Shown piece after piece: positions 9,843 through 18,265 of a stretch of 27,794 bases of DNA. The notes below the pieces were generated by a model. That model was given only the letters and a program-made list of their open reading frames with translations, made no database searches and was not told where the DNA came from. A program made the position numbers and the translations under genes. The DNA is from an uncultured archaeon (GTDB taxonomy: Archaea > Asgardarchaeota > Lokiarchaeia > Sigyniarchaeales > SOKP01). Position 1 is the stretch's first letter, and each line of letters opens with the position of its first letter. The stretch spans positions 1-27,794 of the forward strand of contig CAYUTF010000039.1 of NCBI GenBank assembly GCA_964447495.1, written 5' to 3'.

Positions 9843-10625
9843 ATGGGAATAAAGCAATCCATACTGAAATGGCGTAAATATGCTGAAATGTCCGATTTGG
9901 GCATTATCGCCCGTAGAAAATTCTTTAATAACTGTTTTGACGGTGCATTGACTTGTGCTGGAATTGTGAGTGGAATATTTGTTCTTTTTTTAGCGGGTGT
10001 TAGCGAAAATACACCCGGTAGTATTGTTGTTTTAGGCTTTTCAACATCTCTAGCAATTGGTATTAGTGGACTATGGGGAGCATTTCTTTCTGAAGAAGCT
10101 GAACGCAAAAAAAAGATAATAGATCTCAAAAAAGAGATGGTATTACTCGATCAAGAGGATTCAGATGAGGATTTAGATGATATAGAAAAAGAAAAAATAG
10201 AATTAGCTAAAACTATATTAAAAGAGAAGTCAATAGAAAAAGCCATGCTTATTCCAATTAAACCTAATGAAGCTGGAAAAAAAAAAAAGATTTTAGTTCC
10301 AATTAAAAAAAAAAAAAAAAATGACAAAACTTTAATTGAGCAAGCAGAAAATTTTGCCACAATCATCGCTTCCCTTGTTGATGGAGGTGCTCCTGCCTTA
10401 GGATCAACACTCCCACTCATTCCGTTTTTCTTTGGTACAGAATTAGTACTTTTCCATTTTTTAGTTTCGTATATAATTCTTGTCGGTTTGCTTATATCTT
10501 TAGGGGTGTTCTTGGGTAATATTTCTGGTCAAGGTAAGGTAAAGTATGCTATACATCTTGTAACGGCAGGAGTTGTCACTCTTTTACTTTCTTTATTGCT
10601 TAGTCTTGCTACAGGAAATTTTTAA
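9843..10625 (+). CDS. VIT1/CCC1-family membrane protein (archaeal TIGR00267-like) with a charged insertion
   Basis: ARRKFFNNCFDGALT..GIVSG, AIGISGLWGAFLSEEAER, SLVDGGAPALGSTLPLIPF; five hydrophobic helices. Confidence 0.85.
   Translation: MGIKQSILKWRKYAEMSDLGIIARRKFFNNCFDGALTCAGIVSGIFVLFLAGVSENTPGSIVVLGFSTSLAIGISGLWGAFLSEEAERKKKIIDLKKEMVLLDQEDSDEDLDDIEKEKIELAKTILKEKSIEKAMLIPIKPNEAGKKKKILVPIKKKKKNDKTLIEQAENFATIIASLVDGGAPALGSTLPLIPFFFGTELVLFHFLVSYIILVGLLISLGVFLGNISGQGKVKYAIHLVTAGVVTLLLSLLLSLATGNF
10277..10321 (+). repeat. In-frame homopolymer runs A12 (10277-10288) and A17 (10305-10321) encoding poly-Lys
   Basis: Counted directly from the sequence. Confidence 0.9.
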
Positions 10626-10874
10626 ACCATTTTTTAATAGATTTAATTTAAAATTAAAAAATTTCATTTAAGACTTTAAAATAAAAATATTTTTCTCTTA
10701 AAAGAAGATTTATACAGACTTAAGAGCGTTAATAATTAAAAATATTCTCCAGATGGTTTTTAGGTATATAATAACGATTCTTATTTCATGCTTATTCTTA
10801 GGTAAAGGCTTTTAATAAAGTTAAAATCCTTTTCACAATTTCTTTATCCAAATTAGAAGGAGTTTAAAGAAATC

Positions 10875-11654
10875 TTGAAAACATTTATTGGGATTGATAT
10901 TGGATCTTTAGCCACAAAAATTGTTCTCATAAATGAGGGTAAATTATTAGATCACAGAACGGAACGTTCGACTTATGATTTTAAAAAAGTTGGTCATAAG
11001 CTTTTTGATGATATATTAGAAAAAAATAATTTACAAAGAAACGAGGTTTTTGTCATGAGTACGGGATATGGTCGCAATACTATCGATATTGCCGATGATA
11101 GAGTAACAGAAATTACTGCTCATGCAAAAGGTGCCCAATATTTCTTTCCTGATGCAAATTCGGTTATAGATATAGGGGGTCAAGATAGCAAGGCAATTGT
11201 TATGTCCAAAAAGACGGGAAATGTAATTGACTTTCAAATGAATGATAAATGCGCTGCCGGAACAGGTCGCTTCTTAGAAGTGATGGCACATGCTTTAGAG
11301 GTGCCAATAGAGGAGTTTGGGGTTTTGGCTTTGCAATCAAATAAACCCGCTTCAATAAGTTCCACCTGTACTGTATTTGCTGAAAGTGAAGTAATAAGTT
11401 TATTTGCAAGAGGTGCTTCAAAGCAAGATATTGCGAGTGGTATTCATAAATCAATCGCTCGAAGAGTAGCTGGAATGGCTAAACGTATCGGTGTATCTCC
11501 AAAATTGATATTTTGTGGGGGAGTTGCTAAAAATGAAGCGGTTAAGAAATACTTAGAAGAAGAGCTTGGCTTTGAAATAGTAAGACCAGAATATCCTCAA
11601 CTTACAGGGGCTATTGGAGCTGCAATAATTGCTGAAGAGAAGAACAATTCATAA
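10875..11654 (+). CDS. ATP-dependent electron-transfer activator (HgdC/BcrAD/BadFG ASKHA ATPase, [4Fe-4S])
   Basis: GIDIGSLATK, STGYGR, TEITAHAKGA, IDIGGQDSK, MNDKCAAGTGRFLE, SSTCTVFAESE, CGGVAKN, QLTGAIGAA. TTG start with AGGAG upstream. Confidence 0.95.
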   Translation: MKTFIGIDIGSLATKIVLINEGKLLDHRTERSTYDFKKVGHKLFDDILEKNNLQRNEVFVMSTGYGRNTIDIADDRVTEITAHAKGAQYFFPDANSVIDIGGQDSKAIVMSKKTGNVIDFQMNDKCAAGTGRFLEVMAHALEVPIEEFGVLALQSNKPASISSTCTVFAESEVISLFARGASKQDIASGIHKSIARRVAGMAKRIGVSPKLIFCGGVAKNEAVKKYLEEELGFEIVRPEYPQLTGAIGAAIIAEEKNNS

Positions 11655-11770
11655 AAATTTCCTGATTTATCTTTTTATATGTATCTAATCGGGATTATTT
11701 TTCAAATCGATAAATTTTTTGTAGCATTGACTCTTTTTGTTTGATTAATAATTAATTTATTCTTAAAAAA

Positions 11771-12913
11771 ATGGAAAATTTAGAGATACTTGAAGCCTTT
11801 TCTCTCTATTTAAAAGAGAAGAAAAGTGAAGGAAAAAAAGTTATAGCATTTATAGCACATGACAACATTCCTGAAGAATTAATAGATGCTGCAGACTTTA
11901 TTCCATTAAGGCTTATATTTGCGGGAAATGATGAGTTAATGGATGCGAGTCATGAATTTTTACCACCATCTACCTGTGCTTTTGCTCAAACATGCATCGG
12001 AATCTTTTCTTTAAAATCACGTCAATATGAATTTTTAGAATTAATTGATTATTTTATAGTATCTAATCATTGTGTTTCAGATATCTGTGCTTCTGAAATT
12101 ATTTGTAAATATTTCAATATCCCACGGTTGAATTTTTATATATCTTATCTAAGGAATGATAATAGTGAGCAATATTTCAAGATAGAATTATTGGAATTTA
12201 AAAAAGAGATGGAAAAAATAGTTGGTTCAGATATTACAGACGAGAAATTAATTGCTAGCATCAAGAAATATAATAAATTTAGAAAATCGATAGAAGAATT
12301 AAATTCTTTAGAAATCAAGGGAAGCGAGAAATTGAAATTAATGCAAAAGGCTTTCTTATTCGGGCCAAATTTTCTTCCAGAATTGAGAGAATTTATTAAT
12401 ATAAATAAAAATTCACCAAAAGAAAAAAATAGTAATTCAATTGATCTATTACTAACTGGCTGTTCAATATTTATAAATGATACTTTAATCAACTTAATCG
12501 AAGAAGCCGGTGGAAATATTATATTTTTTGATACATGGTTAGGATATAATTATTTTTCCCAGATATTTAATGAAGATTTAATTAAATCAACATTTGATCC
12601 AATTGATTTATTAGCGTTGAGATTTAGGAATAATATCTATGGTGATCATTCTGTTCCGAATTTTCTGCAAAATCGAATAGCTCACATTGAGGAAATATAT
12701 AATAGCTACAAAAAAAAGACGGGAAAAAGGTTAGGGATTGTAAATCATATCATAAAATTTTGTGATCATATCTCAATTATGTCATCATTTCTTAAGAATA
12801 AATTACAAGAAAAAGGGATTCAGGTTTTGAATATAGAAAGAGATTATTCAAGAGCGATTAGAGGACAATTATCTACACGAATAGAAGCCTATTTGGAGAT
12901 GTTAGCAGAATGA
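11771..12913 (+). CDS. 2-hydroxyacyl-CoA dehydratase / benzoyl-CoA reductase family subunit (HgdB/BcrC-like)
   Basis: IPEELIDAADFIPLRL, STCAF, NHC, KFCD, ERDY...GQLSTRIEAYLEML; adjacent to the activator. Confidence 0.88.
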   Translation: MENLEILEAFSLYLKEKKSEGKKVIAFIAHDNIPEELIDAADFIPLRLIFAGNDELMDASHEFLPPSTCAFAQTCIGIFSLKSRQYEFLELIDYFIVSNHCVSDICASEIICKYFNIPRLNFYISYLRNDNSEQYFKIELLEFKKEMEKIVGSDITDEKLIASIKKYNKFRKSIEELNSLEIKGSEKLKLMQKAFLFGPNFLPELREFININKNSPKEKNSNSIDLLLTGCSIFINDTLINLIEEAGGNIIFFDTWLGYNYFSQIFNEDLIKSTFDPIDLLALRFRNNIYGDHSVPNFLQNRIAHIEEIYNSYKKKTGKRLGIVNHIIKFCDHISIMSSFLKNKLQEKGIQVLNIERDYSRAIRGQLSTRIEAYLEMLAE

Positions 12914-14277
12914 GTATTATCGCAGATGAAATAATTCGGTTCTCTTCAGTATTGAAGATTGCTTATAATTTCTTAATGGGAAGGGATTATTTGAAAAGAA
13001 AAAAATTTAGAGAAAGACAAAAATTAGTATCTGTAGCCCTTCCATTTTCGGATTTACCCTTTGCTGCTGGAACAATCCCTGTTTTTCCAATTAGGATGCA
13101 TAAATTTAAGATAAATCAATATTTATCCTATTTAGGAACAGCATCCAATATTTTTGGATGGAAAGGGGTCTCAAATTTCTTAGGTTTTGTTAAAAATCTT
13201 GGTATTAGTGAAGTAAATAAAATTATTGATAATATTATCGAAGATGTTATCCAAACTATCAATGAAAAATATAATGAAATGTATGATTTAGGGATTGAGA
13301 GTGGAATTTCAAGTGATTTTTGTTATGGATTAAAAAGTCTTGTTGGTATGCATGTTTCAAAAAGTCGAAATGTAGATGCTTATTTAAACATAACTATCAG
13401 ATGTAGTGCGTTCAATAAGTATCTAGAGTCATTAAGCGCAATAAATAATAATCCTCGCCAAATTTGGATAGATATTCCTCCCAGAAATATCGGAAATGCC
13501 TTAGAACTTTTAACGGATAATATATCTAACGCTTTAAACGACTTTGAAGCATTAACAGGAAAGACAGTATCAGATAACATGCTTAGAAGTCACTTTAATA
13601 TTAGTAATCAAGTAAAAAAAGCATATAAAACAATCATTTATGAGATCAGCGCTTCTGATTTTTACCCGTGTAATCCTGCTACTTTTAGTGAGATAATGTC
13701 GCTATTAAATATTACGTTTCAAGATTATAATTCTAACGCAGTTCGATATAGAGATAATATGAATTCTCTCGTAAGTGAAATGCGAGAAAGGATTAGGAAA
13801 GGCATTGGTATGGATGTGTCGAATATGCCCCGAATATTTGTTACTCCTATATTCGGAGGATGGGAACCAAAGAGCCATGATTATATTTATGAATCAGGAG
13901 GCAGAGCGCTCTATGCTGATTGGGGACTGTTAAAACTACTGGAAGAAATACCTATTTCCCCAAAAAATAATCCCATTGAAGAATATGCACGTTTTCTTCT
14001 AAATGCTACAGAAACGGGTATAGGCTGTGATAATGATAAATTAACGGATTCATATTTGAGAATGGCAAAAGAACTGAATGCTGATGGCATTGTATTTTTT
14101 CAATTATTTGGTTGTCATTCAATTTCCAATTGTTACAGAATGCTTAGAGATAAGGTAAGAAGAGAACTAGAAATTCCCATAACAGCTATTACATTTAATA
14201 AAATCGGTGAGAATGTGGAACAGGTTAAGACGCGTATTGGCGCTTTTATGGAAATGTTTTATAAGAAACAGAAGTAA
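12910..14277 (+). CDS. 2-hydroxyacyl-CoA dehydratase / benzoyl-CoA reductase family subunit (HgdA/BcrB-like)
   Basis: SSDFCYG, IRCS..NKY, ADGIVFFQLFGCHS, QVKTRIGAFMEM. ATGA overlap with the preceding gene. Confidence 0.85.
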   Translation: MSIIADEIIRFSSVLKIAYNFLMGRDYLKRKKFRERQKLVSVALPFSDLPFAAGTIPVFPIRMHKFKINQYLSYLGTASNIFGWKGVSNFLGFVKNLGISEVNKIIDNIIEDVIQTINEKYNEMYDLGIESGISSDFCYGLKSLVGMHVSKSRNVDAYLNITIRCSAFNKYLESLSAINNNPRQIWIDIPPRNIGNALELLTDNISNALNDFEALTGKTVSDNMLRSHFNISNQVKKAYKTIIYEISASDFYPCNPATFSEIMSLLNITFQDYNSNAVRYRDNMNSLVSEMRERIRKGIGMDVSNMPRIFVTPIFGGWEPKSHDYIYESGGRALYADWGLLKLLEEIPISPKNNPIEEYARFLLNATETGIGCDNDKLTDSYLRMAKELNADGIVFFQLFGCHSISNCYRMLRDKVRRELEIPITAITFNKIGENVEQVKTRIGAFMEMFYKKQK

Positions 14278-14310
14278 TACTATTATTTATTATTAAGATA
14301 AAATCTAATC

Positions 14311-14324
14311 AAAAAAAGAAAAAA
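14311..14324 (-). terminator. Oligo-T tract downstream of USP1 in a convergent intergenic region
   Basis: AAAAAAAGAAAAAA on plus equals a T-rich tract on minus, about 40 nt after the USP stop. Archaeal terminators are typically U-tracts. Confidence 0.35.
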
Positions 14325-14360
14325 TATTTTGTATATAGGAAAATTCTAAATGCACTATGA

Positions 14361-14816
14361 TTATCTTACGATTAATACATCACAAGGTGCATTATTGATC
14401 ACTTTATCTGGTATCGTGCCTAAAATAGTTCTTTTTAATTTTGAATGTTTCCCTTTGCAACCCAACATTACCAAATCAAAATTTTCCTCTTCGGCTATTT
14501 TAATAATATAATCCTCGGGGGGTATATCAAAAATTAATCGTGTTTGAACTTTTTGACCTTCATTAGCAAAAAGCACTTCAGCTTCTTTTAGCACTTTTTT
14601 TCCTTCATTTACATAATCTTCATGAATTAAATAAGATACTGCACCATTAGAAGGACCAGAGAATGAAACTGATGGCATAACTTCAGATAAGTGGTGAATT
14701 ACTGAATGAAATACAATTATTTCACTATTATCTCTTTTACCAAGTTCTAAAGCTTTTTTTAATGCATCCATCGCATCTTGTGAATTATCAATACCAACCA
14801 AAATTTTTTTATACAT
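14361..14816 (-). CDS. Universal stress protein (UspA family), ATP-binding type
   Basis: MYKKILVGIDNS, IVFHSV, DLVMLGCKGKHS...LGTIPDKVINNAPCDVLIVR. ATG 14816 follows an AGGTG SD; the track's GTG start is part of that SD. Confidence 0.95.
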   Translation of the reverse strand: MYKKILVGIDNSQDAMDALKKALELGKRDNSEIIVFHSVIHHLSEVMPSVSFSGPSNGAVSYLIHEDYVNEGKKVLKEAEVLFANEGQKVQTRLIFDIPPEDYIIKIAEEENFDLVMLGCKGKHSKLKRTILGTIPDKVINNAPCDVLIVR

Positions 14817-14867
14817 AATATAAAACACCTAAGTACTGATTCTTAATAGTCATAGATCAAATACATT

Positions 14868-14884
14868 AAATAAGGGTATGCCTT
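14868..14884 (-). promoter_or_regulatory. AAGG-N5-MCTTATTT motif, copy 1 (upstream of USP1)
   Basis: Minus strand AAGG-CATAC-C-CTTATTT(A), 52 nt upstream of the ATG. Confidence 0.55.
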
Positions 14885-15003
14885 TCAAATTATAAAAAAT
14901 TCTTAATTATGGATAGTGATAAGTTAATTTTTGACCGAAATTTCTTTTAAATTTTTAATATCAGCCTAATTCTTATAACGTAAAAAAAATCGGTTATTGT
15001 TAT

Positions 15004-16257
15004 TTAAAGACTGTAATTTTTATCAAGACGTAAGATTAAATTTTTTACAATTATCAAAGTTTCTAATAATTCATGCGAATTTACTTTATTTGGTTGATCT
15101 TGCTTAGTATGAGAATATTTCGTAGCGCCAAGTGTTGAAAAATCTATAGTTTCTAATTTAAGCAAATGAAATGGTACTGAATCAGTATGAGCTCCGGATA
15201 ATAATGTGTGACCCTTGATCTTAATATGTTCTTCTTCAGCTATTTTACTTATTTTAGAAAGAAGTAGAGGGGAACTCCTTTTTCTAGGTAGAATCCCATA
15301 AGATTTAATGTATTCGACTCTATTCTCATTACTTTTACATGAAACCATATCAAAATTAATCTGGTATAGTTTATTATTTAAAAACTCTTCTTTATAGGTA
15401 TCAACAAAAATTCTCGAGCCCATTGTACCTATTTCTTCTGCTGAAAATTGGCAAAACCAGATGTTATAATGATTAAGGGGGTTATTTTTAAAAATTGAAC
15501 TCAATTCAAAAATCAAAGCCATTCCAGATGCATTATCTAAAGAACCAAGAGATTTATTTCCTGTTTTAATAAAAAATACCATAAAAATTGAAAAAATGGT
15601 TAAAATAGATGTTATTATTGTAGAAATTTCAAGAACTAACCATATAGATTTAAAAATATTGAGATATAAATCAATTAGAAAAGAAGTAATCAATATTAGA
15701 AAAAGAGTTATTCCAATCTCCCATATTGAAATAAAAATAACACGCCATTTCGTCTTAAAAGTTTGTGATTTGGAGTCTAAATGTGCAGATATAATTAGGT
15801 TTGCAGAATTATTAGCGGGAATATTTCTTGCAGGAATTTTAACGAATATATTTGTAGCTGAAATTAATGATCCAAAATGTTTTTCCCAAAAACCTCTATA
15901 TTCAGGATGTCTCAATACTTTTAACATTGAGAAAAACACTATTGCAATTATACATACAGTTATAATTACAAAAAAAGGGTAAAGATATTTAACTAATAGC
16001 AAAATGAGTATTATGAATAAATTCATCAATCCAATTATTTTTACAAGCTCTTCAGAATAAAATGTCGAAAAATTGAAAGTTTGGGTTATAATTTGATCTT
16101 TAGTAAAACCAAGGTCTTCAAATGATTGAATTGTCAGTTTAACGGCCTTTTTTTCTCCCGTTGTGCCTGCCAGACGAGGAAAACTAAATTTTTTCACATA
16201 ATCATATAATTTCGATACACTATCATCATTCTTTTCTTGAAAATTATTTTCCTTCAT
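15004..16257 (-). CDS. Membrane-embedded M28-family zinc peptidase/hydrolase
   Basis: FPRLAGTTGE, ISAHLDS, GSLDNASG, FSAEEIGTMGS, INFDMV, HTDSVPF, YSHTKQD; two hydrophobic hairpins; AGGAG SD. Confidence 0.9.
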   Translation of the reverse strand: MKENNFQEKNDDSVSKLYDYVKKFSFPRLAGTTGEKKAVKLTIQSFEDLGFTKDQIITQTFNFSTFYSEELVKIIGLMNLFIILILLLVKYLYPFFVIITVCIIAIVFFSMLKVLRHPEYRGFWEKHFGSLISATNIFVKIPARNIPANNSANLIISAHLDSKSQTFKTKWRVIFISIWEIGITLFLILITSFLIDLYLNIFKSIWLVLEISTIITSILTIFSIFMVFFIKTGNKSLGSLDNASGMALIFELSSIFKNNPLNHYNIWFCQFSAEEIGTMGSRIFVDTYKEEFLNNKLYQINFDMVSCKSNENRVEYIKSYGILPRKRSSPLLLSKISKIAEEEHIKIKGHTLLSGAHTDSVPFHLLKLETIDFSTLGATKYSHTKQDQPNKVNSHELLETLIIVKNLILRLDKNYSL

Positions 16258-16288
16258 TCCAATCTCCTAAAAATATTTTATTGCTAAT

Positions 16289-18028
16289 TTATATAAATAT
16301 GTGAATAATTGAGCCAATGCCTAAAATACTTGAAATTGCTGAACCAAAAAATACTTGAATAATAATAAAAGAACTAATTAATACAGAGCTAAATTTTCTT
16401 GTTTTTTCATATATTAATGAATTCATGATGATAACCGCTAGAAATATAAGGTAAGTAACGAGTACAGAATTGATTATTAACAATTGGAAAGAAAAGCTCA
16501 TTAAAATTGCAACATGAATAATCGCCATAGACGAAGTTAGCATCATTTTATTTGAATCGGATTTAATGAAATGTAGGCGTGGATAAATAATTTTTCTGTA
16601 AAATAATTCTATTGCTAAATAAAAGGGATATATCGAATATGTAAGTATGAAATCAATTAAATTTACTGGAGAAAAAAAGGCAAATGGGTATAAAAGTGAA
16701 AATGAGATATACAGACTTAAAAATATTAAAACTGAAAAGAAAGAAAACAAAATCACATTTTTATGAAATTGTGACTTTATTTCATCTTTTAAGTGCAATT
16801 TTATATAAGTTATTACTTTTTGACTTCTTTCTTCAGCTATGATTACATTTTTAAGCAAAAAAGCACAAAAATATATGAAAATTATTACAAGTGGTACTAT
16901 AATTATTCCAATTATACCCATAAGAATATAAAATATTAACCATAAGCTAATAAATCCACCATAATACAAAGAAATCTTTATTAATTCTTTTAGAATTATT
17001 TTTCTTTTTTTATCTCCAATTTGCAAATTAAATTTTAGATCTTCTTTATCCCTTGTAGCATCGATCGAAAAATATTTTAAACTATTTTTTATTAATCCTA
17101 GAGTTACAAGAAACAATCCGACTAATCCTAAGAATAACAAAACGAAAGAAGCCATGTATGTAAGTTGAATAGAGCCATTAAGTGTAGTTGAATTAAAAAA
17201 TTTTGATTCTATCCACTCAATTGAGTTTATTAAAACAGTATTGGATAATAAGAGATGGGGCCCTCCTAACAGATTTTCTGTTATATTAATGACTGGACAA
17301 TTCGTAAGTTTTTGAGCTACTAAGGCATTTTCCTTATATGGAACAGTAGAATCATAAATAGAGTGTATAACTAAAAGATTAGATGGATTTAAGCTATTAA
17401 TTATTTTTGAAGGAATATATTTCATGAAAGGATCAGTTTCACTTATATAAAATTCTTTTGCAGAAAAATTTACTAATCCTGCCCATGTGACTGTTACCTT
17501 GAAACGATTATCTAATGCTCCATTCATTAACACAACCATTCCCCCCAAAGAATGCCCTATTAGTCCGATTTGAGAGGAATTTATTCTATCATATACAGGT
17601 AAAGTTTCTATTGTATCTAATAATTTTGAACAATCTTGAGCTATAGCTGGCACGATAGTTCTATTTCTATATGATTGATAATTAATATCTAAAATATGAC
17701 CCGTGCTTTCACCATTACCACGATAATCTATTGAAGCAACATAAAATCCTCTCTTGGTAAATTCATTAGGTATTCTTATATCAAGATCTTTTTGACTTCC
17801 TAAACCATGAGCATAAATAATTAAGGGCGCTTTATTTTGGAAGGTTATTTGTTTGCTAGGATAATATAAATTTGCATAAATTTGAGCATCCGTCGATTCG
17901 AAACTAATTCTCTGATAATAAATATATGATTCAAATCTAGTTGAATAAAGTAAAACAAGAACAGTTATATAGAAAACAACTGCCAACAAAAGAAAATAAT
18001 GATGTTTTTCTTTAAGAAACCACTTCAT
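16289..18028 (-). CDS. Alpha/beta-hydrolase with N-terminal TM anchor and C-terminal multi-TM domain
   Basis: YAHGLGS, SIDYRGNGES, GHSLGG nucleophile, HSIYDSTVP, GPH; about 8-9 C-terminal hydrophobic helices. Confidence 0.88.
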   Translation of the reverse strand: MKWFLKEKHHYFLLLAVVFYITVLVLLYSTRFESYIYYQRISFESTDAQIYANLYYPSKQITFQNKAPLIIYAHGLGSQKDLDIRIPNEFTKRGFYVASIDYRGNGESTGHILDINYQSYRNRTIVPAIAQDCSKLLDTIETLPVYDRINSSQIGLIGHSLGGMVVLMNGALDNRFKVTVTWAGLVNFSAKEFYISETDPFMKYIPSKIINSLNPSNLLVIHSIYDSTVPYKENALVAQKLTNCPVINITENLLGGPHLLLSNTVLINSIEWIESKFFNSTTLNGSIQLTYMASFVLLFLGLVGLFLVTLGLIKNSLKYFSIDATRDKEDLKFNLQIGDKKRKIILKELIKISLYYGGFISLWLIFYILMGIIGIIIVPLVIIFIYFCAFLLKNVIIAEERSQKVITYIKLHLKDEIKSQFHKNVILFSFFSVLIFLSLYISFSLLYPFAFFSPVNLIDFILTYSIYPFYLAIELFYRKIIYPRLHFIKSDSNKMMLTSSMAIIHVAILMSFSFQLLIINSVLVTYLIFLAVIIMNSLIYEKTRKFSSVLISSFIIIQVFFGSAISSILGIGSIIHIFI

Positions 18029-18177
18029 AATTTTAGATTTAAATCTTAATTTTATTATTGGAATATAATCTTATTTTCAAACTTTTTAATAATTTCTCTA
18101 TATTAATAAATAATAACTTTTTATTTATAATCCAAAACGCGAGTAATTATATACATAATAATAGAATAGATATCTTT

Positions 18178-18215
18178 TGAATGTTCAACAAGGATTTCAC
18201 TTATTTGAACATTCA
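18178..18215. repeat. Perfect 11-bp inverted repeat (TGAATGTTCAA / TTGAACATTCA) with a 16-nt spacer
   Basis: Read directly. Lies about 50 nt after the hppA stop; an extra AAG/CTT pairing is possible inside the spacer. Confidence 0.8.
18190..18206 (+). promoter_or_regulatory. AAGG-N5-MCTTATTT motif, copy 2
   Basis: AAGG-ATTTC-A-CTTATTT(G), lying within the inverted repeat. Confidence 0.45.
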
Positions 18216-18265
18216 TATAATCCATTTAATTTCTTTATTTATTTAAATTTTTAGAACTTTATTGT

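Noticed and set aside
9821-13580. Minus-strand ORFs 9821-10129, 10151-10420, 11031-11237, 11200-11454, 12145-12492 and 13380-13580
   Set aside because: All are antisense to well-supported genes and have reverse-complement-like composition.
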